From the IMG/VR virus record IMGVR_UViG_2863404153_000002, positions 5,165 to 69,164 of that record: a DNA stretch of 64,000 nucleotides; one strand, written 5' to 3'. The first letter of the stretch is position 1; every line of letters starts with the position of its first letter. Position numbers and translations under genes: made by a program. This DNA comes from a virus. Lineage: Duplodnaviria > Caudoviricetes. Below, one piece after another: positions 54,669 through 63,344 of this stretch. Below the pieces are notes generated by a model, which was given only the letters and a program-made list of their open reading frames with translations, searched no databases and had not been told where the DNA came from.

Positions 54669-57110
54669 TTGACGCTCTACACCTTTGGCGGCACCCCGGC
54701 CGACGTCCTCACCGACACCGCCGGGAACGTCGTCCCCGACTTCCAGGTCCTCGTCTACCGCGCGGGCACCAATGAGCTGGTGACCGCGCTGTACGAGGCC
54801 GACGGCACCACCCCCATCGCCGAGCTCCGCTCCAACGGGACCGGTTCCCAGACGCCCGGCGCCATCCGCGCCTTCAAGGCGGACGACGTCACAGCGATCG
54901 AGTACGCCTACAACGGCCCCGGAGGATCGCCGGTCCGCTGGTACCAGGCCGCGCGCGAGCTCGCGCAGGAGGCCGCGAGCGCGGCTGCTGACGCACTGTC
55001 AAAGACCGACGGCGGCACCGTCACCGGTGCCACCACGTTCGAGGGCGGCCTGGACGTCGAGGCCGGGCTGAACGTCACCGGCGGCGCCGTCGTGGACGGC
55101 CTGGACGTACAGGGCAACCTGAACGTCGACGGGGTCTTCACCCCTGCCAGCCTGCAGCTGTCCGGCATGCGGATCTACAACCCGCGCGTCTACGGGGCAC
55201 TCGGAAACGGCACCGGCAACGACGCCCCGTTCATCAACCAGGCCCTGACCGCGGCGAACGCGGCGGGCGGCGGCTGGGTCATCGTCCCTGCCGGCGTCTA
55301 CATGATCGGCGAGGTCCTGCGGATCCGCCGCAACACCCGCCTCACGCTCATGCCCGGCGCGGAGTTCCGCCGCTCCTACGCGGGCACGATGCTGCTGAAC
55401 GGGGACGCCGACCAGTCGTTCGGCGGTTACACCGGCCACGGGACCATCGTCATCGAGGGCGGCCTGTGGAACATGCGCGCGACGACATCCGGTCTGACCG
55501 GATCGGCGATGTGCATCTCCATCGGGCACGCCAAGGGCGTCACCATCCGGGACCTGGAGGTTCGTGACACCCCGGGCTTCCACGCCATCGAGTTGAACTC
55601 CACGAAGCATGGCCTGATCGACAACTGCCGGTTCGTCGGCTACGTCGACCCGGGCGGCCGCGACTTCTCCGAGGCCGTACAGATCGACCTCGCCAAGTCC
55701 AGTGGGGTGTTCGGCGGGTTCGGGCCCTACGACAACACCGTCTGCGAGGACATCGAGATCCGCGGCTGCTACGTCGGCGCCTCCGGCACCGCGAGCACGA
55801 CCGCCTGGCCGCGCGGCTTCGGCTCCCACAGTGCGACCGTCGGCACCGCCCACCGCCGGATCCGCATCACCGGCAACACCTGCGAGGGCCTGCCGCAGTA
55901 CCCCGTCGTCGCCTACGCGTGGGACGACACCCTGATCGAGGGCAACACCTTCAAAGGGTGCGGCGGCGGCATCCGTGCCCGGACCATCATCAGCGCCGAC
56001 GCCGCCGACTCCACCAACCTCGCCGGCGTCGTCACCAACGCCTCCCAGGCGATGCGCAACCTCGTCATCTCCGGCAACACGATCCGCGACACCGGAAGCG
56101 TCGACGACGGCATCCTCCTCTACGGCGAATCCACTGGCCGGATCCACAACGCGACCATCACCGGCAACGTCGTCGACACCGTCGCCGGCGGGGAGAACGG
56201 CATCCGTCTCTTCCACGTCGAGCAGTGCACGGTCAACGGCAACACGATCCGGGAGCCCGGTGGTACGGCGATCTCGCAGGAGCAGGTGTTCGGCGGCACC
56301 GTCTCCGGTAACCGGATCTACCAGCCGGGCGGATCGGGCGTCTCCTGCGACTCCGGGCAGGGCGTGACCATCGGCACCAACACGATGCGGAACCTGGGCA
56401 CCAACGGCATCCACATCCTCGGCGGCTCCGACATCCAGCTGATGCACAACCTGATCAAGGGGGCGTCGCGGTCGGCCGCCGGGAACTACGGCATCCGCGC
56501 GTCGACCGCCGTGGATGGCCTGCTTGTTGTCGGTAACCGGGTCCGCCCGTATGGGTCGGGCAACGAGGCCGCCTGGGGCCTCTCGATCACCAACACGTGC
56601 ACCAACGTGCGCCGGTACGGCAACGACCTGACCGGCTCCGGAACGTCCGGCACCGTGGACGACCAGTCGACCAACCCCGACATCAACCCCCAGGACGAGG
56701 GCGTCCTCACCTACACGCCGACCGTCACAAACGGCGGCTCCGCCACCTTCACTACGCAGACCGCCCGCTACTACAAGCTGGGCAAGCTGGTGTGGGTGAA
56801 CATCGGCCTGGTCGTCAACGCGGCCGGCTCCGGCACCAGCAGCGTCGCCGTTGCCCTTCCCTCCACACCCTCCCGGACCATCCAGCAGACACTCGACCTG
56901 ACCTGTGAAAGCGTCCGGGTGGCCACCCAGTCCACCAAGGGCTCCGCGGTCATCCTGACCTCCGGATCGGGCGCCACGATCGACCGGCTCCGCAACCAGG
57001 TCGCCGCTTCCGGCGACTCCACCACGGACAACCGGATCCTCAACGTGCAGGGCACCCACCTCCTGGCCGGCGCCATCATCACCATCACCGGCTGGTACCT
57101 CGAAGCCTGA
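54669..57110 (+). CDS. Tail spike with right-handed beta-helix (pectate-lyase-like depolymerase)
   Basis: YGALGNGTGNDAPFINQAL; repeated I.GN.I beta-helix rungs; TTG start after GAGGAGG. Confidence 0.85.
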   Translation: MTLYTFGGTPADVLTDTAGNVVPDFQVLVYRAGTNELVTALYEADGTTPIAELRSNGTGSQTPGAIRAFKADDVTAIEYAYNGPGGSPVRWYQAARELAQEAASAAADALSKTDGGTVTGATTFEGGLDVEAGLNVTGGAVVDGLDVQGNLNVDGVFTPASLQLSGMRIYNPRVYGALGNGTGNDAPFINQALTAANAAGGGWVIVPAGVYMIGEVLRIRRNTRLTLMPGAEFRRSYAGTMLLNGDADQSFGGYTGHGTIVIEGGLWNMRATTSGLTGSAMCISIGHAKGVTIRDLEVRDTPGFHAIELNSTKHGLIDNCRFVGYVDPGGRDFSEAVQIDLAKSSGVFGGFGPYDNTVCEDIEIRGCYVGASGTASTTAWPRGFGSHSATVGTAHRRIRITGNTCEGLPQYPVVAYAWDDTLIEGNTFKGCGGGIRARTIISADAADSTNLAGVVTNASQAMRNLVISGNTIRDTGSVDDGILLYGESTGRIHNATITGNVVDTVAGGENGIRLFHVEQCTVNGNTIREPGGTAISQEQVFGGTVSGNRIYQPGGSGVSCDSGQGVTIGTNTMRNLGTNGIHILGGSDIQLMHNLIKGASRSAAGNYGIRASTAVDGLLVVGNRVRPYGSGNEAAWGLSITNTCTNVRRYGNDLTGSGTSGTVDDQSTNPDINPQDEGVLTYTPTVTNGGSATFTTQTARYYKLGKLVWVNIGLVVNAAGSGTSSVAVALPSTPSRTIQQTLDLTCESVRVATQSTKGSAVILTSGSGATIDRLRNQVAASGDSTTDNRILNVQGTHLLAGAIITITGWYLEA

Positions 57111-57180
57111 CCAGCCACCAGCCTCAACACCTCACGCCCTGAGCCTTCTGGCCTGGGCCTTTCTCGTATCTGGAGGGCCG

Positions 57181-58026
57181 ATGGCCATCAAGCTCGTCAC
57201 CCGTGCGCAGTGGGGCGCGCGGGCCTACCGCACGCCGAACGGGGCGACCCCGTACAGCGGGCCTCGCCGGGGCGTGAAGCTGCACTACCTCGGCACCGCC
57301 TACGCGGACCGGGTGCACGACCGGTGCGCCGCCTACATACGGCTGCTTCAGGACCAGCACATGGACGGCAACGGCTGGTCCGACATCGGCTACAGCTTTC
57401 TGGTCTGCACGCACGGCTACGTCTACGAGGGCCGCGGCCTCAAGCGCCGCAACTCCGCCAACGGCAACACGGCGCTCAACGAGCAGGACTACGCCGTCTG
57501 CCTGCTCGTCGGCTCCTCCGACCTCACGAAGCCGACCGACGCGCAGCTCCACGGCGCCCGCGACGCCATCGACTACTGCCGCAGCGAAGGCCCGGCCGGC
57601 ACGTGGCTCGGCGGACACCGCGACGGCTACGCCACATCCTGCCCCGGCGACCCCATCTACGCCTGGGTGAAAGCAGGGGCACCCCGCCCCACCGCCAGCG
57701 AGGAGGACGACATGCCCACAGTGCCGGAGATCGTGAAGGGCCTGGCGAAGACCGACGGCGTCTTCGACGTGCCACTTCGCTGGCGCAGCAGCAACCCGAC
57801 CAACGAGCAGTGGCAACTGGAATCGATCCTCGCCTTCCTCGGGGACCGGACGCTCGACGTGGGCGAGGCAGTGACCGCGCTGGCCGCGAAGGTCGCAGCG
57901 GGCCCGGTCGCGCTGACCGAGGCGCAGGTCGCTGCGCTGGCCGACAAGGTGGCGGCGCATCCGGCGCTCGCCGAGCAGATCGCGGAGCGGGTCGCGGACA
58001 AGCTCGCCGATCGCCTCGCAGGCTGA
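57181..58026 (+). CDS. Endolysin, N-acetylmuramoyl-L-alanine amidase (PGRP/Amidase_2)
   Basis: LVTRAQWGAR, KLHY, GWSDIGYSFLV, GHRD..TSCPG. Confidence 0.92.
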   Translation: MAIKLVTRAQWGARAYRTPNGATPYSGPRRGVKLHYLGTAYADRVHDRCAAYIRLLQDQHMDGNGWSDIGYSFLVCTHGYVYEGRGLKRRNSANGNTALNEQDYAVCLLVGSSDLTKPTDAQLHGARDAIDYCRSEGPAGTWLGGHRDGYATSCPGDPIYAWVKAGAPRPTASEEDDMPTVPEIVKGLAKTDGVFDVPLRWRSSNPTNEQWQLESILAFLGDRTLDVGEAVTALAAKVAAGPVALTEAQVAALADKVAAHPALAEQIAERVADKLADRLAG

Positions 58027-58040
58027 ACAGGAGAACCCTC

Positions 58041-58403
58041 ATGAAGATCTTCGGCCGTGAACCGGCGCTCATCATCGCCACGATCAGCGCCGCACTGTCG
58101 CTGCTGGTCACCTTCAACTTCGGCCTCTCCGCCGAGCAGGCGGGCGCGATCGTCGCCGTCATCTCCGCCGTGTTCGCGGCAGCCACCGCCGCAGTCACCC
58201 GGCCGGTCGCGCCGTCGGCGTTCACCGGTATCGTCGCCGCAGTCGCCGCACTGCTCGCTGCCTACGGGCTGGAACTGGGCCCCGAGAAGATCGGCGCGCT
58301 GAACGCCGTCGTCCTCGCCGTGCTCGGCCTACTGACCCGCGGCCAGGTGTCCCCGGCAGCACCCTCCGCGCCAGCGACCGCCGAGCCTCCGCGGGGGGTG
58401 TAG
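58041..58403 (+). CDS. Holin
   Basis: MKIFGREP, about 4 hydrophobic segments, after lysin. Confidence 0.8.
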   Translation: MKIFGREPALIIATISAALSLLVTFNFGLSAEQAGAIVAVISAVFAAATAAVTRPVAPSAFTGIVAAVAALLAAYGLELGPEKIGALNAVVLAVLGLLTRGQVSPAAPSAPATAEPPRGV

Positions 58404-58829
58404 GTGCCGCGCCGGATCGTGCGGCGGCTCGGCCAGCAGTTGGGCCGCCGGGGCGCGATCCTCCTCTGCTACGGCGCCGTCTGGGCCCTGTACGGATACG
58501 CGCAGATCGCGTCCCCGCCCCCCGACCAGCGGGGCTTGCAGCCGCTGCTGGAGCTCGCGCCGCTGGCCGCGTGGGGCTGGCTGTGGGTGGTTGCTGGCCT
58601 GCTGGCGGTCGTGTCCGCGTGGCTGCCGACGGGACGCGACTGGCCCGCCTACCCGGCGCTGCAGCTCGTCGTGCTGCCCTGGATGGGCTGCTACCTGGCG
58701 ACATGGCTGATGGGTGACTTCCCGAGGGGGTGGATCGCTGCCGCAGTGTGGGGCCTGATCTCGGTCCCGGTTTGGGTCACGGCGGGATGGCCCGAGCCGC
58801 CCCGCATCAAGAGAGTGAGCAGCGCATGA
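58404..58829 (+). CDS. Four-TM membrane protein of lysis cassette
   Basis: Hydrophobic helices. Confidence 0.72.
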   Translation: MPRRIVRRLGQQLGRRGAILLCYGAVWALYGYAQIASPPPDQRGLQPLLELAPLAAWGWLWVVAGLLAVVSAWLPTGRDWPAYPALQLVVLPWMGCYLATWLMGDFPRGWIAAAVWGLISVPVWVTAGWPEPPRIKRVSSA

Positions 58830-59179
58830 CGGTGGACACGTGGGTGCAGGCCGGGCTGGCGCTGGTCGCGGCGGCGGGTGGCGTGGTGTCGGCCCGGTCG
58901 GCTCGGCGTACCAAACGGCAGGAACGGCGCGATGATTTCACCGCGGTCACCGAGCAGCAGGGCAAGGCGATCGAGCGCCTGGAGAAGCGCATCGAACGGC
59001 AGGAGAGCGAGGCGGAGAAGCAGCGGGAGCGAATCGGCGACCAGGACGAGGCGATCGGCTGGCTCCTCCACCGGGTGCGGTCCCTGGTGACGCACATCAA
59101 GAAGGCCGGACTGGAGCCGCCCGCCACCGAGCCGATGTCGGAGCGCGCGGCCCGCTACATCCACCACATCGACGTGTGA
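58826..59179 (+). CDS. Single-TM coiled-coil protein of lysis cassette
   Basis: N-terminal TM then heptad repeat; ATGA coupling. Confidence 0.72.
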   Translation: MTVDTWVQAGLALVAAAGGVVSARSARRTKRQERRDDFTAVTEQQGKAIERLEKRIERQESEAEKQRERIGDQDEAIGWLLHRVRSLVTHIKKAGLEPPATEPMSERAARYIHHIDV

Positions 59180-59196
59180 GAACTGGAGTGCGAGTC

Positions 59197-59286
59197 ATGG
59201 CTGATGAGGATCCGCCGCCGTTCTGGCTGTCGCCCCGCCCGTTCCTCGAACCCGACCTGCCACCACCCGACGACGACACCGAGTGA
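59197..59286 (+). CDS. 29-aa Pro/acidic peptide
   Basis: RBS GGAG; MADEDPPPFWLSPRPFLEPDLPPPDDDTE. Confidence 0.45.
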   Translation: MADEDPPPFWLSPRPFLEPDLPPPDDDTE

Positions 59287-59290
59287 ACGA

Positions 59291-59334
59291 CGCCCCCGCC
59301 CTCCTGCCGCCGATGCGGTAGGGGAGCGGGGGCG
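59291..59334. terminator. Late-operon terminator hairpin
   Basis: CGCCCCCGC..GCGGGGGCG stem between convergent genes. Confidence 0.7.
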
Positions 59335-59342
59335 TAGCTGCG

Positions 59343-59633
59343 TCAGAACGGAACGTCTCCGTTGCCCATGACAGTGAAGAAGAACGGGGCGCCCGGAGAT
59401 GCGGGGATGTCTTGCCTATGCGGGCGGTTGAACGTGGCCTCGTTGCCGTTGGTGAGACGCAGTCGGAGACCCTCGTCCTTGTTCTTGAGGGTGTCCCAGT
59501 ACTCGCCGGCGACTGTCAGTCTGCCGCCCCAGGACTCGCGACGTCCGGCAGCCCAGCTGCGCAACTGGGCGCCGACCGCGATCTCCTGGCCGTCGTCCGT
59601 GATGAGGATCGCGCGACCTTGGTATGTGCTCAT
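59343..59633 (-). CDS. Hypothetical beta-rich protein, probably leaderless
   Basis: TAGCCT -10 six nt before ATG. Confidence 0.65.
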   Translation of the reverse strand: MSTYQGRAILITDDGQEIAVGAQLRSWAAGRRESWGGRLTVAGEYWDTLKNKDEGLRLRLTNGNEATFNRPHRQDIPASPGAPFFFTVMGNGDVPF

Positions 59634-59730
59634 GCTCGGAGGCTAGCCGTGCCGTCAAGTGAGGTTCGCCTAACGGCGCGCGGAGGGCGACCCGTTGGAG
59701 GCGTCCACTCTCGATAACATGCCGTATCGC

Positions 59731-59760
59731 GGGTCCCGCTCCTAGATCGGAGCGGGACCC
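59731..59760. terminator. Perfect 12-bp hairpin
   Basis: GGGTCCCGCTCC-TAGATC-GGAGCGGGACCC. Confidence 0.55.
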
Positions 59761-59798
59761 TTCGTCGTCTCCGGAAGTGCTGGCGATCACCCAACTCT

Positions 59799-59832
59799 GT
59801 GGTTGATAATGACAGTTATCCTTCACTAGGAT
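59799..59832 (+). promoter_or_regulatory. Xer/dif-like recombination site overlapping a TTGATA-N18-TAGGAT promoter
   Basis: GTGGTTGATAA-TGACAG-TTATCCTTCAC (11-6-11, 8/11 symmetric). Confidence 0.6.
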
Positions 59833-59862
59833 GCGACACAGTCAACTAATCAGGAGGACAGC

Positions 59863-60150
59863 ATGGGACGTCGCTTCAGGGACATGCAGACGCCGGAGCA
59901 GCAGTACGCGGCTCGGCAGGCGCCTGCACTGCGGCAGATGGCGCATCAGGCCGAACAGCGGGCCGAACAGCAGCAGATGACCGCCGATGTGTACGGCCGC
60001 CAGGGCCGCGACTACTCGGACCCGGCGAGGGCGGCCAGCGCGCAGCGAGAGGCGAACCGTCAGCGAGGCCGCGCCCGTGGCCTGCGGGAGACGGCAAACC
60101 GTGCCGAGGCTGACGCTCAGCCGAAGAAGAAGCGCGGCTGGTTCAGCTGA
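59863..60150 (+). CDS. Helical Q/R-rich hypothetical protein
   Basis: RBS AGGAGG. Confidence 0.7.
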   Translation: MGRRFRDMQTPEQQYAARQAPALRQMAHQAEQRAEQQQMTADVYGRQGRDYSDPARAASAQREANRQRGRARGLRETANRAEADAQPKKKRGWFS

Positions 60151-60229
60151 TCGGCGGCCAACGACTGCGAGCCCCCGGCAAGGGAAAGTTGCCGGGGGCC
60201 CGTGCATACCGTACCTGGAGGTGAATCAC

Positions 60230-60550
60230 ATGGATCTAGTTCCGCGCCCGGCGTGTGGCCGCCCATGCGGTCCGCGCCGATGCGAGTTCTGCGGCGGATG
60301 CCCTGACCACGACTGCGCGCGCGACGACTGGGCAGTCCTTGCACACATCGAGCACTTCGCACCATTCGCATCACCGGGCGAAACGGCATGCGGCCACATT
60401 GGAGGCCCGGCCCACCTTGTCGGCAACCCGTACCCGCCAGACATCTGCCTACTCCCGGTGGGATGCGACGGCAAGCACGACGGCAAGCACCGATCGCCGA
60501 AAGGATGGTCGTGGCCGCAAGAGGCGAAGCGAAAGGAGTCCCGCCCATGA
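60230..60550 (+). CDS. Cys/His-rich hypothetical protein
   Basis: RBS GGAGGTG. Confidence 0.55.
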   Translation: MDLVPRPACGRPCGPRRCEFCGGCPDHDCARDDWAVLAHIEHFAPFASPGETACGHIGGPAHLVGNPYPPDICLLPVGCDGKHDGKHRSPKGWSWPQEAKRKESRP

Positions 60551-60705
60551 CCGTCACACCTCCGTCCGCTTGCCGCTGGTGCGGCATCGACCAACGAGAG
60601 CACGCTCAGCGCTGGCACCGCTCAGCCGGGTGGCACAAGCATGAGCCGCCCACCCAACAGCAGATCAAAGAGCGGATGCTCATGCGGCGAGGTGGCCGCC
60701 CGTGA
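60547..60705 (+). CDS. Small Zn-finger protein
   Basis: CRWCG..H..WH; coupled to recombinase. Confidence 0.6.
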   Translation: MTVTPPSACRWCGIDQREHAQRWHRSAGWHKHEPPTQQQIKERMLMRRGGRP

Positions 60706-61739
60706 CCGCCCTCGTCCCGCGCCCGTCGGCGGAGCTGTCGACCGACCGGCACGACCCCCGCGACGACTGGCCCGACGAAGCACGCGCACTCGCCGACCAC
60801 CTCGCCGGCATCTACGGCGACCGCGACCCGTTGCCCACCATCGCCGGAAGCTGGGTAGCCCGCCAGAAGAGCCGCCACACGAGGCGGGCCTACGTCCGCA
60901 CGTTCAAGGCGTGGGAGCAGTACGCCCGCAAGAGCAAGATCCATCCGCTCCAGGCGAAGCTGCCGCTCGCCGACGCCTACGCCAAGCACCTCGCCAAAAC
61001 CCCCACCCGCAACGGACGGCCCCCAGCGGAGACCACGCAGGCGCAGGCCCTCGCCGCCGTGGGCTCCTTCTACACCTACGCCGCCCGGCTCCAGGCCGTC
61101 GACTCCGACCCGTTCGCCGCCGTCAACCGGCCCTACGTCGATCCCGACTACTCGCCGACCGAAGGCATGACCGAAGCCGAGACAATGCGGCTCATCGAGA
61201 CCGCACGCGACTGGGCACCCCGCTCCTACGCCCTCGTCATGCTCCTCTACCTCACCGGCGCCCGCGTCGACGAACTCCTCTCCCTCAACGCCGACCAGCT
61301 CGGCTACGACCGAGGACACCGCACCCTGCCCCTCACACAGAAGGGCGGGAAGAAGCGACCCGCACCCGTACCGCCGCTCGCCCTCGACGCGCTCCTCGCC
61401 CACCTCGGCGACCGCACCGACGGCCCGCTGTTCGCCACCGAGTCCGGCCGCCGCTGGACGCAGCCCGAAGTGTGGAAGCACCTCCGCGTCCTCGCCCGCC
61501 GCGCCGCCATCCCACAAGCCGCCAGCATCAAGCCCCACACGCTGCGGCACCAGTTCATCACCGACAACCTCGCCAACGGCGTCCCACTCCAGGACGTACA
61601 GGACGCCGTTTCGCACTCCGACCCGCGCACCACCCAGCGGTACAACCGACGCCGCCGCCAGCTCGACAACCACCCTGCCTACGCCCTCGCGGCCCGGCTC
61701 GGAGAACGGCTCCAGTCTCAGGAGGAAAACACGCCATGA
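60702..61739 (+). CDS. XerC/D-like tyrosine recombinase
   Basis: TGARVDEL, KGGK, PHTLRH, VSHSDPRTTQRY catalytic residues; no arm-binding N-domain evident. Confidence 0.92.
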   Translation: MTALVPRPSAELSTDRHDPRDDWPDEARALADHLAGIYGDRDPLPTIAGSWVARQKSRHTRRAYVRTFKAWEQYARKSKIHPLQAKLPLADAYAKHLAKTPTRNGRPPAETTQAQALAAVGSFYTYAARLQAVDSDPFAAVNRPYVDPDYSPTEGMTEAETMRLIETARDWAPRSYALVMLLYLTGARVDELLSLNADQLGYDRGHRTLPLTQKGGKKRPAPVPPLALDALLAHLGDRTDGPLFATESGRRWTQPEVWKHLRVLARRAAIPQAASIKPHTLRHQFITDNLANGVPLQDVQDAVSHSDPRTTQRYNRRRRQLDNHPAYALAARLGERLQSQEENTP

Positions 61740-61912
61740 CGTCCACGCCGTTCAGCGAGTTCATGAAGTACACCAGGCCCGGGCCTCGGCGTCGGTGTGA
61801 CAACTGCGGCACGTACAGCCTCCGCCTCTATACGGAGCCAGCCAGCCAGGAGGAGAAGATTGTGTGCACTAACCCGGCCTGTCACGCCTCGCCGGTGCAC
61901 CGCGACCGCTGA
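61736..61912 (+). CDS. Small Zn-ribbon protein
   Basis: CDNCG..CTNPAC; ATGA coupling. Confidence 0.55.
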   Translation: MTSTPFSEFMKYTRPGPRRRCDNCGTYSLRLYTEPASQEEKIVCTNPACHASPVHRDR

Positions 61913-62094
61913 GCGTAGCGGCAGGTACCCGTGTCCGGTCTCTTTCGCTGTGGCTGGTTTGTGGTGCATGGTGTGGGTGCGGGTCCGGAGCCAACCCCCG
62001 GGTGATGGTCCCCTTGTCGGGCCCTGCCGTTCGTTGCGAGCGGTGGGGCCCGCCGCACCTCCCGGCTCCCCACGGGAGGGTTTGCTGCTGCCCG

Positions 62095-62302
62095 TCACCC
62101 GTCGAGGTAGCCGAGCTCGGAGTCGGGGCGGCAGTGCGTGCAGGCGGGTATCCCTTCGGCGAGCCAGTGGAGCGCGCCGCTTCTCCGCCGCCTTCCGCTC
62201 TTCATCGGCGATCCACCGGTCGACCTGGCCGAGCTGGTGGACGAGGTAGCCGCGGACGACGCGGAGCCGGTCGAGGTAGGTGGGCGCGGGAGTATCGGGC
62301 AT
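62095..62302 (-). pseudogene. Internally deleted, frameshifted DUF6233-like gene
   Basis: N-terminal LDRLRVVRGYL..WIADEERK joins out of frame to ALHWLAEGIPACTHCRPDSELG-stop. Confidence 0.55.
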
Positions 62303-62316
62303 GCGTTCGATTCTAG
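62295..62316 (-). promoter_or_regulatory. Actinobacterial LexA (SOS) box-like site overlapping TAGAAT -10 and start codon
   Basis: TCGAAC-GCAT-GCCCGA vs consensus TCGAAC-N4-GTTCGA (2 mismatches). Confidence 0.5.
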
Positions 62317-62347
62317 AGCCGCAGGGCACCTCTGACACCCTGGGGGC

Positions 62348-62545
62348 GTGACCGACCAGCGCTACCACCTCACACTGACCATCAACGACCAGCCCGTCAT
62401 GCACGGCTGGTGGGGGAGCGAGGAGACCGCCCGCCGGAAGTTCACGCGCTGGATCGGCGAACACGGCAACGCCGACGGCGCCCGCATCACCCTCACTGAC
62501 GAAGAGACCGGCACCGTGTTGACGACCTGGCCGGACGAGCCGTAG
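62348..62545 (+). CDS. Small hypothetical protein, probably leaderless
   Basis: CACCCT six nt before GTG. Confidence 0.65.
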   Translation: MTDQRYHLTLTINDQPVMHGWWGSEETARRKFTRWIGEHGNADGARITLTDEETGTVLTTWPDEP

Positions 62546-62565
62546 CCCTCTGCCACCCTGGACAC

Positions 62566-63003
62566 ATGACGACTCTGCCGGAGACGGACCCGCGCATCGG
62601 CGCTCTGATGGACCTCACACAGGGGCTGATCCTGAAGTACACCGAACTCGCCTCGAACGTGGCCGCCCACCTTCCTGACCAGGTCAAGGCAGAGCTCATC
62701 GAACACACGCAGACACTGGTTCAGGAGGCCCGAGATCGCCGAGATGGACTTCGAGCCGCCCATCGGAGAGTACGTCATGTCGACTCGCCCCAGCGTTGTC
62801 GGTGGCGGTTCGTAGACTGTTCTCGTCCGGCATCGATGTCTTTCGATCAAGCCGGGTTTGCTGAGTTGCTGGCGCCCGCCCCGAGCGTGGAACCCCGGGG
62901 CGGGCCGCACTCTGAGAGGGGGCCTCAGCCCTCCGCGTGCCTGACGGCCTTCTTGAGCGCCATCTCGACGTCGTACCGTCCGGTCCCGGTCTGGGCCGCA
63001 TAG
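62566..63003 (+). CDS. Hypothetical protein (3' end uncertain)
   Basis: Helical N-terminus; last 79 nt overlap the convergent gene. Confidence 0.4.
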   Translation: MTTLPETDPRIGALMDLTQGLILKYTELASNVAAHLPDQVKAELIEHTQTLVQEARDRRDGLRAAHRRVRHVDSPQRCRWRFVDCSRPASMSFDQAGFAELLAPAPSVEPRGGPHSERGPQPSACLTAFLSAISTSYRPVPVWAA

Positions 63004-63122
63004 GCGGTGACGGCGGCCTGTACGGCGCCCGCGGTGGCGACGGTGAGCCGCCCGGCCTGGATCTCCTGCCAGGCGGAACGTTCCAGCTCGATCAGATCGT
63101 CGGGGAAGTCGATGGCAGCCAC
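62925..63122 (-). CDS. Small hypothetical protein, leaderless
   Basis: TAGGAT six nt before GTG. Confidence 0.7.
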   Translation of the reverse strand: MAAIDFPDDLIELERSAWQEIQAGRLTVATAGAVQAAVTAYAAQTGTGRYDVEMALKKAVRHAEG

Positions 63123-63131
63123 GGCGCGATC

Positions 63132-63311
63132 CTACGCGGCCTCGGTGACGTCCCCGCGCTCCACCTGCCGCAGCTCGCCGAGGAGCCGGTGATACTCGTC
63201 CCGCTGCTCGTCCGTCAGCCGCGCCGCCGGATGCGACCACAGGGCCCGGATCGCCGCGTTGATGTCGTCGGCAGACCGCGAGGGGCCCTCGGCGGGCGGG
63301 ATGGGGGACAT
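63132..63311 (-). CDS. 59-aa hypothetical protein, leaderless
   Basis: Translated by hand (MSPIPPAEGPSRSADDINAAIRALW...). Confidence 0.65.
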   Translation of the reverse strand: MSPIPPAEGPSRSADDINAAIRALWSHPAARLTDEQRDEYHRLLGELRQVERGDVTEAA

Positions 63312-63317
63312 GCTCCG

Positions 63318-63339
63318 ATCCTAGGCGCCGGGTCTGACA
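63318..63339 (-). promoter_or_regulatory. PafBC/RecA-NDp-type promoter TGTCAG-N10-TAGGAT
   Basis: Exact 10-nt spacing; +1 falls on the A of ATG 63311. Confidence 0.6.
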
Positions 63340-63344
63340 GTGGG

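Noticed and set aside
2186-57059. Very long minus-strand ORFs (2186..4318, 12916..14547, 25642..28209, 35306..37372, 47720..49972, 54999..57059)
   Set aside because: Antisense shadows of well-supported plus-strand genes; stop codons are scarce in high-GC DNA and the translations have no motifs
60702-61739. Tail-fibre inversion (shufflon) driven by the tyrosine recombinase
   Set aside because: No inverted alternative fibre ends or flanking inverted repeats seen around 54669-57110
62780-63003. C-terminal half of ORF 62566..63003 as real coding sequence
   Set aside because: Low-quality composition and a 79-nt overlap with a better convergent gene; may be read-through of a truncated gene
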